Positions 42,332 to 54,453 of a stretch of DNA of 64,000 nucleotides are shown here, piece after piece. Where the stretch lies: assembly GCA_946965045.2 (NCBI GenBank), contig OX337229.1:5146001-5210000 (forward strand), written 5' to 3'. A program made the translations under genes and the position numbers. Below the pieces are notes generated by a model, which saw only the letters and a list, made by a program, of their open reading frames with translations, had not been told where the DNA came from and did not search any database. This DNA comes from Epithemia pelagica (lineage: Eukaryota; Protista; Bacillariophyta). Positions within the stretch are counted from its first letter, which is position 1. Each line of letters opens with the position of its first letter.

Positions 42332-44310
42332 ATGAGGTTTCGGAACGCCATGAGAACAATGAACTGGATGTTTGTCGTCCTTCAATCACTCATGAGTTTG
42401 TTTGGTGGAGCAACCATGACGGGCGCTGTCTTTGTGTCTGCATCATCACCGACCCAACAGGCTCAAACATTTCCTCGTCGCCTTCCGGCCATTGTATCCA
42501 AGGGATACAAATGGTTTGATTCGGAAACGGGTCAAGAGTTTGTCGTCCGTGGAATCGACTACTTTCCTCGACCGAACCAGGGACCCTTGAATCACAACTC
42601 CATGGATTTGTATACGGAGGAGTATCGTCATATATGGGAACGTGATATTCCCTACCTACAAGAATTGGGAGTCAATGCGATTCGACTCTATGCCGTTGAT
42701 CCCACTCAAGATCACACATCCTTCATGTACGTGTAGCTGTCGTTTTCGTGATCCTTGTGGTTGTTGTTGCTGTTGCGGTGTTTACTGGAATGCCTCTTTC
42801 GTGCTCTCTTTACTTTTCTTCTGACATGAAACTTGTGTTTCGTCTGTTGCCATATATCAGGTGTGCCATGGAAGCGGCTGGTATTTATGTGATTGTGGCC
42901 TTGGCGCACGATTGTCCTACGTGTGCCATTACACGAGAGGCTTCGCCAGACTGTTATCCACCCGAACTCAAATTGCAAGGACAGGCAGTCATTCAAGCCT
43001 TTGCTGGATTTACCAATACCTTGGCCTTTTCAGCTGGAAATGAAGTCAATCACTTTACACCCGTGGGCAAGGGGGATGAATGGAATGCGCCGTGTCAAAA
43101 AAAGTTTTTGCGCGATATGCGAGTGTACATGGAGTCGGTTTGTGGCAGTGGCCCAACAACTGCAAACGCAACAACAAGGACGACGACGACCAGGAGAGGA
43201 ATGCGGTCCATTCCCATTGGTTTGGTCTCGGCCGACGATGAACGACAAGCCTTGGCAACCTACTACAATTGCCAAGATGACACCAACGACCCCTATCAAC
43301 GTGCGGAATGGTATGGTTTGAATGCCTATGTCTTTTGCGATGGAACAGCTGAAAATTATTCACAGGCCTTGGGCTTTCAACTATTGGATCAAAGTTTTGC
43401 CTCCTTTAATTACTCGATTCCAGTTCTCTTGACCGAGTTTGGATGTTTGTCCGATACCTTTGCCACGGTCCAGGAGTATGAAGGGCAACGCAACTTTTAT
43501 CAAGCACAATGGATGTTGGATCAATCCTCCACCTTAAGACAGCATTTTGCCGGAGGCTTTGCCTTTGAGTATTCGATTGAACGAGAAAACGCCTTTCACG
43601 ATTCACCCTACCCCTTTACCAAAATGGGCAAACAGAATTATGGAATTGGTTTCTTGGAGCCCGAAGACTGCAACGATGTGAATATCTCCTGTTCGTATCA
43701 TCCATTGCCGAGTTATTATGCCCTCCAACGTGCCTACCAGATTGGTCAGGATTCTATGCAATTGACGACTCTGGACGACTTTGAACTCGAGGAACATCGC
43801 CGTCAACCCTCCAAGTGTCCTCCTCACTATCCATCCCTTGGTGAATTTGATTGGAGTGTGGTCGATGCCGTACCGGATTTGCCCTGTCCACGACACTCCC
43901 ACATGCGGTGGCATTCCAACCCAGACGTTTGTGCGGGATCGTCGCAACACAAGGGACCTGGGTTCCATCGTTCGTCACACCACAACAAGGACGACAGTGG
44001 CAAGAGTTGGTTGTCGATTGCCACGGGATTGTTGATTGTGGGTATCGTGGTTGTGCTGTTGTTGGTAGCGGTTGTCGTAGGGCGGCGACGCTTGTTGGTG
44101 GGACACGAGTGGAATGCGGCATCTCCTTCCACGCAACCCTACTACTACAACTACCTATGGGGGAAAACCAATTCCTCGAATGGATCGTCGTCGTCCTCCT
44201 CTTCCATGGGGGACAATGACGAAGATGAAAGGACTGGATTGTTGTTGGAACAACCATCGCAACCACAACCAGATTATTCTTCGGTCCAAAAGCATACGTC
44301 CGTCTATTAA
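42332..44310 (+). CDS. Glycoside hydrolase family 72 (Gas/Gel-like beta-1,3-glucanosyltransferase) with C-terminal TM helix; 2 exons
   Basis: RGIDY, DIPYLQELGVNAIRLYAVDP, AGIYV, FSAGNEV and PVLLTEFGC motifs; intron 42727-42860; the start could also be 42350. Confidence 0.9.
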
Positions 44311-45697
44311 TATCGAGAGAGGGACACTGTGGCATTGTATGCCCGACGCTCGATAGGACCACGTTGCCTAGACTCTCTGTAGTGACGCTTGTCGAGCTCC
44401 GTTTCATCAAGTTGATCCAGGAGGTCCCTTCCTACCTACCTTCCAAAAGTCTCTCTGTCTGTTTTGTGCGTCTGTGCGCAATCAAGGCAGACTCAGATGT
44501 TAATGTACGGTCCATGTTCGATTCTCTCTCTCTCTTTTTCATTTCCTCCCCTTTCAACTTTTTTTCTATATATAGTTGTGTTTCCATGCGTGGCTGAAAC
44601 GAACTGCACAGCTGCACCCAATTGTGGAACTTTCCCACATACATACACACACAAGAGGGCGATTCTGTTTCCCTTTCCTTCATGTTTGTAGGGTAGAGAT
44701 AATATAATATTCTATAGTTTGGGGAGAACGCCAAAGTACATACAATGCGGTCTTGACCTTCCTCTTCGAAGGCAATCCATAGAAGAAAGACCAGAGAGCT
44801 CATCATCGATTATGCCTTCCACACATCCACAAGAGGATCCTGTTCTTTGTTCCTTTCATACAGAGGGTAGAGAAGTGTATATCTAGAATAGTTTCGGTGA
44901 AAAGCCCACGACCCACGATTTATACGCTCTGCACATTCCTTCTTTTCGCAGGAACGGGGTGGACTCTTACCAAACAAAAAAGCCAAGGCACTCCATGAAG
45001 GATGAACCATACAGGGGTTCCTGTTCGTGTTCGTGTTGCGTTTCAACGTCATTTTCCGTGTGTTCCCATCCATTCTCTCTTCTGCATCTCTCTCTCTCTC
45101 TCTCGCTTTGGATTGACATTACTCCAAGGAGGGAAAGAAAACAGTGTGTGTGTGTTTCATTCCAGGTCGTTTCGTTTGGAGACTCGCAAACAACAACAAC
45201 CAGGACTCGACCATCCCTTTTTTACTTTTCTCTTTTTTTGCGACAGATCCTGCAAACCATGTCCTCTTGTGTGAGTAGTATTCCTTCCTTCCATCCGTCA
45301 CCTTCCCCTTTTGGCGTTGCTCTTCCAACATCCACCAAAGACACTCCCCCCCCCCCCCTTGCTGCCAGTTCCATGGGCGCGGCATGTTTTGGCCCCGTCT
45401 GTCGTTTTTTTAGTGTCTGTCGGTGGTTCCTCCCATGGTTGGTGGTGTGCACCGTGGACATTGGTTCCCGTCCCCCGGTCGTCCACACAACGTCCGACCC
45501 GTAATGGTGATTGTGATTGTGGTGGTACGAGCCAGAGTGCTCGTTTGCTTGTACCGTGTGATTGTCGGTCCCTCGTGCTTCTTCTTCTTCCTCTTAGTTT
45601 CCATCTTGTTCCATTGTCGTCTCATTGTCTCTAGACACTTTCACTCACACACACACTTATCGGTGAGGCTTCGAGTTCTTGTACCAACCAAATGGTC

Positions 45698-47635
45698 TTA
45701 GACAAATCGTGTGGTTTCGTCGTCCTTGTTGTTGTTGTTGTTGTGGTTGTGGTTGTTGTCGTCATGGAGCCGTGCGGCCGGTGGTGGTGGTGCTTCTTGG
45801 GTGGGTAAGAGTGCCGGGTGGTGGGTACTTGTCGTCGTCGTCGTCGTCGTTGTGGTTGTGCTTGTCATTGATATGGGTTTCTCCATTGTGGTGGCGGTCG
45901 TCGTCGTCATCGTATTGGTACTTGGAGGAGGATGGGTGATGGTGTTGGGTTCGTCGCTCGTGCGGCGCAATTTCTTGGGGTGCGAGTCGTCGTCCTCCCG
46001 GTTGGGTTCTTCGTCGTCGTTGCTCGTTGTCTTGCGAGGTCGCTTCTTGTCCTTGCCATTGTCCTGGCAGGATTCGGGTTCCAACGAACCGATGGATGGT
46101 TCCACCACAGCATTCTTCTTATGATTATGATTCGTATTAGTAGTCGTAGGATTGGTGGGTGGTGGTGGTTTCCTCGTGTCCATCCGTTTCGGGTTCGGGT
46201 CGTTGTCGTCATTGTGGCGGAATGATTCCGTCCTTGTGGTTGTGGTTGTGGTTGTGGTGGTTTCGGGGAGGTTGGGTGTGAATGCCCTGGCCATGGTCGT
46301 CCGGGTGGTGGTGGTGGTGGAGGAATCACCCGCTGGCGCTCGTGGTTCGGCTCGGTGTTGTGGTTGTTCTTGTTCTTGTGGCAAAAACATGTCGTGGCCA
46401 TTGTCGTTGTTGTTCTTGTGATCCTTCGGGGAGTTGGGTGGTGGTGGTGGTGGTGGAGTGTCCTCCTCCTCCTTGGTTGGGTCCCGCTGCGGGGTCTTGT
46501 GGTGGTGGTTGTCGTTGTTGGTGGTGGTGGCGTCCTTCTCCGGTGGCTTCCGGTCGTCCACGTCCTTTGGTTCGTGGTCCCGTGCGGATGCCGCCTCGTG
46601 CGGCTGCTGCTGCTGCGGGATACGGGTGTCCCGCAGTGGTGGTGGATCGTCCGGTTGTGGTGGGGTCTCCTTTGTGGTGGTGGTGGTGGTGGATGGTAGC
46701 GCCTCCTGTTGTGGTGGAGACGACGATTTGTCGTCGTCCTGGTCCTTTTCCGTGGGTGCTGCTCCTGCTGCTGGTTGGTGGTCGGACGACGACGACGACG
46801 ACAAGATTTGCACCATGGAGGAATCTTGCAATTCGTCATTGGACAATTCTTCATAATCGTCATCGTCATAGACAATGCAATTCAACAAAATCAAGTGGTC
46901 TGGTTCGGGTGCATGCGTACATGCCGAGTAGGGATCGTTGGGGTCCCACCACCACTTGTGCGATTGGACCGTGCCGGCAAACCATTCCTTGCGGCCCCAC
47001 AAATTGTTGAATTGCTTTTGCAACCGCGTGCCCACGGGAAAGGCATACGAGGAGGGAGCGTCAAAGTACCGCGTGGCTTTGTTCTTGGTGTTGTTGTGAT
47101 TGTGATTGTGATTGTTGTGATTGTGGTCGTTGTGATTGGGAGAAGAAGGATTGTGGGGATCCCGTGCGGGTGGTTTCGTGTCGGGTTGGGATGGCGGTGC
47201 TTGTTTTTGGAATGGTGGTGGTTGCTGTTGTGTTGCGGGTGGTGGTTGTTTTGGTTGGGATGGTGGTGGTGGCGGTTGTTTTGGAGATGGTAGATCGTGT
47301 CCTGGTTCTGCTTCTGTTTCTTGTGCCACTGCTTCCATTGTCGTCGAGTGTTGTGGTGGTGGCGGCGCCGGTTGCTCTTGTGGTGATAGTGGTGGTGGTG
47401 CTGGTCCGGTTGGTCCCTCTTGTGCTGCTGCTGCTGCTGCTGCTGCTGATCGTGGTGGTGGTGGTGATTGTTCTTGTGCTGGTGGTGGTGATTGTTCTTG
47501 TGCTGGTGGTGGTGGTGGTGGTGGTGGTGGTGGTGGTTGTTCTTGGGATGGATGGTGGGAGGTATCCCCGGATGATGATTGGCCAGAAGAAGAAGAAGGC
47601 GTGGGAGTGGTGATGGTGGCGGCGTCGAGAATCAT
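45698..47635 (-). CDS. Pro/Gln/Thr-rich low-complexity protein with a central Tudor-like domain
   Basis: FPVGTRLQKQF...WFAGTV...IVYDDDDYEEL pattern inside a long ORF; further 3' exons toward 44800 are possible but unresolved. Confidence 0.6.
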   Translation of the reverse strand: MILDAATITTPTPSSSSGQSSSGDTSHHPSQEQPPPPPPPPPPPAQEQSPPPAQEQSPPPPRSAAAAAAAAQEGPTGPAPPPLSPQEQPAPPPPQHSTTMEAVAQETEAEPGHDLPSPKQPPPPPSQPKQPPPATQQQPPPFQKQAPPSQPDTKPPARDPHNPSSPNHNDHNHNNHNHNHNNTKNKATRYFDAPSSYAFPVGTRLQKQFNNLWGRKEWFAGTVQSHKWWWDPNDPYSACTHAPEPDHLILLNCIVYDDDDYEELSNDELQDSSMVQILSSSSSSDHQPAAGAAPTEKDQDDDKSSSPPQQEALPSTTTTTTKETPPQPDDPPPLRDTRIPQQQQPHEAASARDHEPKDVDDRKPPEKDATTTNNDNHHHKTPQRDPTKEEEDTPPPPPPPNSPKDHKNNNDNGHDMFLPQEQEQPQHRAEPRAPAGDSSTTTTTRTTMARAFTPNLPETTTTTTTTTRTESFRHNDDNDPNPKRMDTRKPPPPTNPTTTNTNHNHKKNAVVEPSIGSLEPESCQDNGKDKKRPRKTTSNDDEEPNREDDDSHPKKLRRTSDEPNTITHPPPSTNTMTTTTATTMEKPISMTSTTTTTTTTTTSTHHPALLPTQEAPPPPAARLHDDNNHNHNNNNNKDDETTRFV

Positions 47636-48338
47636 GGTGGTGGTTGTTGCCACGAAGGAGATGAAAAACCCCTCTAGGTAGTGTGTCCCAGGAAGAGGTG
47701 ATGGTCGTTGTTGTTGTTGCGTTGTTGTTGCGTTTCCCACCGTGTTCCTTCCCCAAAGAAGAAGAAGAAGAAGAAGAAGCAGCAGCAGCAGCACTCTCGA
47801 TAATCCGAATCAATCAATCCTAAGTACTTTGGGAGGATCCCTACGACACACACACACAAGAGGGTGTTGTTGTGTATTATTGGTCTTCTCGTGCGTCGCG
47901 TTGGTGGTTCCCCATGGACGAGAGAGCCTGCTGTTGTGTGTTGTGCGGCGTTTTCCGGAGAAGGAAGCGCGCCGCCGCCGACCACGCGAAAAGAACGGGG
48001 GGTGACTATTGGACAATAGCGGGGGTGGTGAGTTCTGGGAAACGCGGCGCACTACCTATATTGGATCCATCTTGGGGGGCGAACCCAAATCGCTTTTGAG
48101 GGTTCTCCGCCCCCTTGTTTGGCGCGCTCTCCGACAATATTGTAAGGGTAGCTTTCACTATTGGACTCTATACCTACAATACCTATAGCTACTCCTAGTC
48201 GAGACAAGGAACACATGACGACCATGGCTCTCTATACTACCTCCAAGAGTCTGTCTCTCTCTTTCCTGTCTCTCTTTCTCTCTCTCTCTTCTCTACATAG
48301 ACATCAAAATCTTGCAGAGAGTCGGTCCATGCAGGGCT

Positions 48339-48495
<157 letters not shown>

Positions 48496-48880
48496 TCCTA
48501 CGAAAAGACCGCCGTCGTTGCAAATAATGGTGCCCCGGCGACTGCTCGTATACTACCTCTCTAGTCTAGTCGCCCGACGAGTAGTAATCTCAAAACAAAC
48601 CAATTGCCCCATCCAATCTCTCGTCGAGCGCACCCGACCCTACAATACAGAATACAATACAATACAATACACGCCGGGGGACCCTCCTCAACCTCAAAGA
48701 GGACTGGACACAGCGGGAATTCTTACTACAATTCGTATACGAATAATCAAGTGACATATACACGACGGGAAGGAATCGTCTACGGCACAATAATGGCGCC
48801 ATCCAAAGAACACTGGCCGACCGTCTCAATTCTCAATCCCCATATCCAAAAAAAAGAACAGAAGAAAGCCCACGACAACG

Positions 48881-50035
48881 ATGAGCATCCGCCAACAAGC
48901 GCAGTTCTCCCGACTTGCTTTTACCAACAGCAATCAACAAGAGGAACCAACATGGAGGAGGGTAACGGACTGGCCTCCATTGCCCGGAGGTGGGCGGGCG
49001 AGCTACGCATCGGTTGTGACGAAGCATCCCCACAAGAAAGAAGGACAGATTGTGGTTGTATTGGGAGGATACGAGTGTGGGAATGATTTTAATCACTCAA
49101 AATCCGCTCTTCTCTTGAACGTGGATGATCCTGACAAAGTGTGGCGCGAAGGACGAGCCATGAACGAAGCAAGAGTTCATTTTGCAGCCGTAGTCTGCAA
49201 TGGAGCTCTTTATGCCATGGGCGGCGGAAATGAAGAGTCCAGCTTGTCCACCATTGAACGAATTGGCATTGCAGATTTGGTTTCTTCATCATTCATGGCG
49301 AGCACTCAAAACAACAACAATCCCCAATGGACGACATTGAAATGTCGTTTGTCGAACAAAACAATTGGGTGCGCTGCGGCCGTTGTCAAGGACCGATTCA
49401 TTGTGGTGGCGGGTGGAGAATATGAAGATGTTCTTTCGTCAGTTGATATTATCGACACAACCTCCCAAAGTGAATGCTGTGTCCTATCGGGCCCACCCAT
49501 GAATGTGGGTCGAACTTTTTTTGGTATGGCTGTGATTGGTTCACGTATTTATGCCGTGGGTGGTAGGGACGAACATGATGGTTGTTACCAGTACCTTAGT
49601 TCTGTGGAATACCTTGACTTTGATGATTGGCTGAAAGAAGGACCCAAAGGTACAACATCCATGGTTCCATTCACCATCAGCACCAAGTCCTGGACGATTC
49701 ACAAGGATATTGTTCTTGGTAGTCCTCGATATGAGCATGCTGTGGTCCGCGTGGGATCCTGCCTCGTTGAAGTAGGAGGGCCCCAAAGTGAAACGAATGA
49801 CTTGCGTGCTGGGGAGGTTCTGGACACGCAACGCAACATGGTATGGCAGCTGCCAAAAATGGAAATGGAAAAGGAAGGCTGTGACGTGGTTGCCCTTTCC
49901 ACTGGCATTGTAACGATGGAAGGATGCTTTGTGGATTCGGGTGGTGAAACACTGTCTCTTATGGACAAGAATTCCTTGTGTTTTGCAGGATTGATGGCTC
50001 TGGGCAAGGCCCCCATCCGACCCAAGCTCTGTTAA
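48881..50035 (+). CDS. Kelch-repeat protein
   Basis: Repeated hydrophobic-GG motifs (VVVLGG, LYAMGG, IVVAGG, IYAVGG, VEVGG) with downstream W/Y; start codon uncertain. Confidence 0.85.
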   Translation: MSIRQQAQFSRLAFTNSNQQEEPTWRRVTDWPPLPGGGRASYASVVTKHPHKKEGQIVVVLGGYECGNDFNHSKSALLLNVDDPDKVWREGRAMNEARVHFAAVVCNGALYAMGGGNEESSLSTIERIGIADLVSSSFMASTQNNNNPQWTTLKCRLSNKTIGCAAAVVKDRFIVVAGGEYEDVLSSVDIIDTTSQSECCVLSGPPMNVGRTFFGMAVIGSRIYAVGGRDEHDGCYQYLSSVEYLDFDDWLKEGPKGTTSMVPFTISTKSWTIHKDIVLGSPRYEHAVVRVGSCLVEVGGPQSETNDLRAGEVLDTQRNMVWQLPKMEMEKEGCDVVALSTGIVTMEGCFVDSGGETLSLMDKNSLCFAGLMALGKAPIRPKLC

Positions 50036-50636
50036 AAAAAAATTGGTGGAAGTTGCGTTACGCGTGGTGGCTACAATCATGTGGATTTATCTATTAATAA
50101 CCACGTTCATAAGATTCCTTCTGCTTGGAATGATTCTAGCTAGGAGGAAGATCGTGGACGTTCCGGTCGTTTGATACTATTTCCTTTGCTTTGTTTCTCT
50201 TATTCCTTTCCAATCTCTAGCAGAGAAAGGAGTCGAGTCAACTTTGTCATCCTAGGACGAGTTAGATAGAAACATGAGTTGGAGCTCCAGGGAGCCTCAG
50301 ACAACCCATGTCACCAATACGGAGTGCTGGATGGATTTTGGTTGGAAAGCGATTAGCGAGCGAAAGAGAGCGTCACCCTGCCATTTCATGGGCGACTCTG
50401 TTTCTTCCAAAGTGCGTTTGCGGATATTGGGATCAAAACTGTTGCCTGTTTAGTCCAAGAAGAAGAAGAAGAGCATAATTTATCGCATACCGCGATTCTT
50501 TCACCCTGGCGTTTGGTTGCTTGGTGTCTTCTTCATCCATGATGGTTGGCGGCTCATGATTCTTTGTACATACAGTAGTGAGAGTAGTTGTTGCATGCCT
50601 CCGTGTTAGCGATTGCCTCGTTCCTAGTGTCGGTAC

Positions 50637-52034
50637 TCATGACTTGGTTGTGGTTTCCTGGTTGGTCGTTCGTTGTTTTCGTTGTCGTTTGGTCGTATAG
50701 GCCTTTTGTTCATCCACTTCGGTGGAGGGATTGTTCCATTCCTTCCAAGCATCGACAACGGGTTTCTTTTGTATAACGGTCTGCTCTCCCACAGGTGCAT
50801 GAAGATACCCCAAGAGCGCTCGAGACGGTCCATGATTCATCAAACCAATCATGTAGGAACGCAAGGGCAATCGATTGGACGTAGTAGTATTGGAAGAAGA
50901 AACCAAGTTGGATCGAGACAAGGCACAATCAATATCATCGTAGGGGCGTCGGCTCCACAGTTTGTGCAATTTGTACAAACTGGAAGGACGCCATATCTGG
51001 GCATGTGTACCACAACAAATACCATGACCCACCCTGGATTGTTCTCCCACCTTGTAAATGGGTACCGTCGAATTCACGTCTTGTACCAGGGTCATGGTGG
51101 TGGTGGTGGTGGGACGAGGACAGCCACTCACCAACCGTATGATGTCCCAATCCTCGGGGACTTGTTGAATGGCCGATTCCCATTGCGTCCGATTGGGTGC
51201 AATGACAAAATCATCTTCCAAAATCATGGTCAAACCCTTCTCAGGGGAGGAAACACTGGTCCGTTCCTCCATAATGTGCACGACCGTCCGCGCCAAACCG
51301 GACAGACCAAAACACCGCGTAATTTGTTGCAAATGTGACACACATTCCGACGCATTCCGCGTTCCTCGTAGAGCCGCAATCCGTTGATAGGGCACGGGGG
51401 GATGAATTTGTGCCAAGGCGTGTTCCATTTGAGCTCGACGAGCCTGTCTCTTGTCCAAATTAATGTAATAAATTCGTTGGACGCCACGTGCCAATTCGGC
51501 TTGTCGCCACTAGAGCCATTTGCTGCTGCTGTTGTTGCTGGGTTTGTCACCATTGTTGTTGTGGAGTCGTTGCTCTTGCTGCTGCTGCTGCTGCTGCTCC
51601 TTGTGTTGTTGTTCGAGTTGTTCAAAGGCATAGATTCGTTGGAGATTTTGCAGCGGCTTGGATCCAGAGCCATGGTCTTGTCCCATAACAAGTGTCTTGT
51701 CCTGCAACAACGACTGGTGGTGGTCCTTACGAGTTGGGGGAGGAGGACGACGAGGAGGAGGAGTGGGGTCGGTGTCGATCATCCTGGGAGACGATTTGAC
51801 TGGACTCTCCATTGCTGGTGTTGTGGGTAGAATAATGGCAGTCGTCACCAACGGTTCGGAGGAAAGATCCTTCCAGGAGGAGAGTTGTGCCAATCGAATC
51901 GTATCATAGAGCACGGAGGCTAGGGACAGAACCAATAGTACACTCGGAAAAGAAAAGCCATGCCTCCACAGTCGTTGTCGACGTCCACCATCCACCATAC
52001 TGGTGGTCCATCCGAACAGGGATCGAACCATCAT
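50637..52034 (-). pseudogene. Glycosyltransferase family 25-like, with an in-frame TAG between stem and catalytic domain
   Basis: IYYINLDKR and ILEDDF motifs; ORFs 51510..52085 and 50637..51494 are in the same frame, separated by one TAG at 51512-51510. Confidence 0.75.
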
Positions 52035-52800
52035 GAACGACCAATGGGAGTGATTGCTTGTCCGTCTCGGTAGGCCGCTTTTCACTGGGACGTGAACCTA
52101 GCGAAGCGAGGAACGGCGCGCTTTTCTGTGACCAAAACACTCTGTTTCCCTCTCTGCTCTCTTACATAGGGTGGTGGTTCCAGGAACGTGGCTTGACAAT
52201 TGACAATCTATTAGAGAATCAAGAAGTCCATCTCGTTCACAATGGCACCGTGTAGGAGTCGTAAGTGGGAGAGTACACTACGTAAAGGATCATAATAGAA
52301 TTGTCAGTCCCACGTTCCACCACGTGTGAATTTCGCACGACCCCGTGTGGTCCTGGATGATGTGACTCTCCAGCGGATGTGTAGTCGTGGGTTTTCGTGA
52401 TTCGGCTTTATATCAATAATCCTATTATGACCGGTCTCTCATTCACGAATCTGTAAGACTCATCCCCCGCTGAGGAAACGTGACAGTGGATAAGTACTTG
52501 TTCTTTTTTCTTTTGGGCTATCTAACAACAGAATTCGAGCGACTGGCAGGCCCTAATTGCCGATAGATACTTAGATCGCCCATCGTTCGCCCACTCTCAT
52601 AATAACCATCTATTTTTTTGCGCACGTACCATTCTCACAATTTCAGATTTTGGCAATTGGCAACCGCGATTTTAAAAACAACTGCTTTCTCGTTATTGGA
52701 GTTTCAGTCGACCGCGATACCTGTTGTGTTCGCATCGGAAGATACGGATCTTGTCCGTCCAAAGTTCTCTTGAACCAAGGAATCGAAACAAACAAGACGA

Positions 52801-54141
52801 ATGTGGAACAGCAAGGCCGGATCACCTCGTTTCACCCTTCGACAACCATCACAAAAGGGAGGTGATGCAACAGATGACAGAAATGGAAACATCAACGCCA
52901 CCAACAATCCGGGGTCTCCTTCTGCTATCCAACGACTTTTTGTGAAAATTAGCCAAACGCGGCGGTCTCGGTGGTGGGTCTTGATCATTCTACTTGTCGT
53001 GTGCTTCCATGGAAGCATGCGGATGTTATCTCTGTTGGACCCTTTTGTGTCGCAAGACCTTGCTCGAACGACACAACAGCAGACAATAGCATTGTCGGGC
53101 GAGACTCCTCCTGTAGTCGTGTCTCCCCAGGAGCAGCAACATCAACAGCAAGAAGAATGGAATCGGGCGACGCGTGACATTACCCTGCAATTGGACCGTT
53201 TGGAACAACAACTGCAAAAGCTCAATGACAAATTATCCTCTACCCACGACACTCCTTCTCTTGGCATGTTGGCGACTGCCACCCTGTCCTCAACCACAAC
53301 AGCTCCGTGGAGGCAATGGGAACAACCACTCAAACACACACCAAATCGCAGCAAGTACAATATTACGCACCGGGTAAACATGCGAGCATGGGAAGTCCAA
53401 CAGGGTATACAACGAATATATTACATAAATTTGGATAAGAATCGGCGACGTCGACGTCAAATGGAACTGGTCCTGAATGATTTGAACCGACCAGTTCCCT
53501 ATGAACGAATTCCTGCCCAGCAGGGGACCTTGAATGGAACGGAATGTGCCGTGGGCAAACAAGATCCCCGTCGATGTCGGGGTATTTCCGGTTTGGTCTG
53601 GACCAATCTGCACATTATGGAGACCAAAAATACATCGGGTGGTCTCACGATGGTATTGGAAGATGACTTTGTACTTGGCTCCAACATGACAGCCATTGAA
53701 CAAGCCATTCACATGGTCCCTTCCGATTGGGATGTGATTCGACTTCAAGCCTGGCATTTTTGCGATAGAATGTTGGTCCCCGTACGACCAAAGCGATTCA
53801 TAGCAAGGTCAACAACCGACAGAATCATTCCCCCAATTCCTGGTCTTCCCATTTTCCTGGCGGATCAACGACGAAATCCCAGAAAGAACACGACCACCGT
53901 TTGCTGTGGAACCCATGCGCAAATATGGAGAGAATCGAGTTTGTACAAATTGCATCGGTTGTGGAGTCGTCGTCCCTATCAGGACATTGATTGTGCCTTG
54001 TCGATGGATCCAACCATCAAGTCGTACATTATCGGCAGACTCAAACATGGCAGATCGAATTTTTTGGGCGAGTTGCAAATGCCCCCACACGAAGGGACTG
54101 ATATCCCCAAATATCCCGACCCAAATAAGACTGTAGAATGA
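52801..54141 (+). CDS. Glycosyltransferase family 25-like type II membrane protein
   Basis: N-terminal TM (WWVLIILLVVCF), coiled stem, IYYINLDKNRRRR and VLEDDF motifs. Confidence 0.85.
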   Translation: MWNSKAGSPRFTLRQPSQKGGDATDDRNGNINATNNPGSPSAIQRLFVKISQTRRSRWWVLIILLVVCFHGSMRMLSLLDPFVSQDLARTTQQQTIALSGETPPVVVSPQEQQHQQQEEWNRATRDITLQLDRLEQQLQKLNDKLSSTHDTPSLGMLATATLSSTTTAPWRQWEQPLKHTPNRSKYNITHRVNMRAWEVQQGIQRIYYINLDKNRRRRRQMELVLNDLNRPVPYERIPAQQGTLNGTECAVGKQDPRRCRGISGLVWTNLHIMETKNTSGGLTMVLEDDFVLGSNMTAIEQAIHMVPSDWDVIRLQAWHFCDRMLVPVRPKRFIARSTTDRIIPPIPGLPIFLADQRRNPRKNTTTVCCGTHAQIWRESSLYKLHRLWSRRPYQDIDCALSMDPTIKSYIIGRLKHGRSNFLGELQMPPHEGTDIPKYPDPNKTVE

Positions 54142-54453
54142 CGAACGTGGAGGGTATTGTAAGGCAAGTTCGTCTTTGCTCTTACTATTAGATTCTAGAT
54201 TCACTTTCTCATTGCATTGTCAAAATGTCTATCACTACAATCTAAATGTTGGGGGTGGAATGAAACAAAATCTTCCAGAGGAAGAATGAATAATGAATAG
54301 CTTTAATTGGAGTCGACTAGGTAGACTGTTCTGTATTATAGATCTTTCGCCTCAATGAGGACATATGTCTGTGGTTTTGTCACTGGAACCACGGACTGTG
54401 AAGGCCTTTGAATATCCCCAACACAGTTATCTTTAAACCTGGAGGCAATGCGA

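Larger units (their letters stand above)
28528..43044. repeat. Direct tandem segmental duplication: unit A 28528-35787 (7,260 bp), unit B 35788-43044 (7,257 bp)
   Basis: All ORFs recur at +7260 (later +7257); only a handful of substitutions and two small indels differ. Confidence 0.97.

Noticed and set aside
45711-47813. Many Val/Gly/Trp-rich or Thr/Arg-rich ORFs in alternative frames
   Set aside because: By-products of trinucleotide repeats in the Pro/Thr-rich gene.
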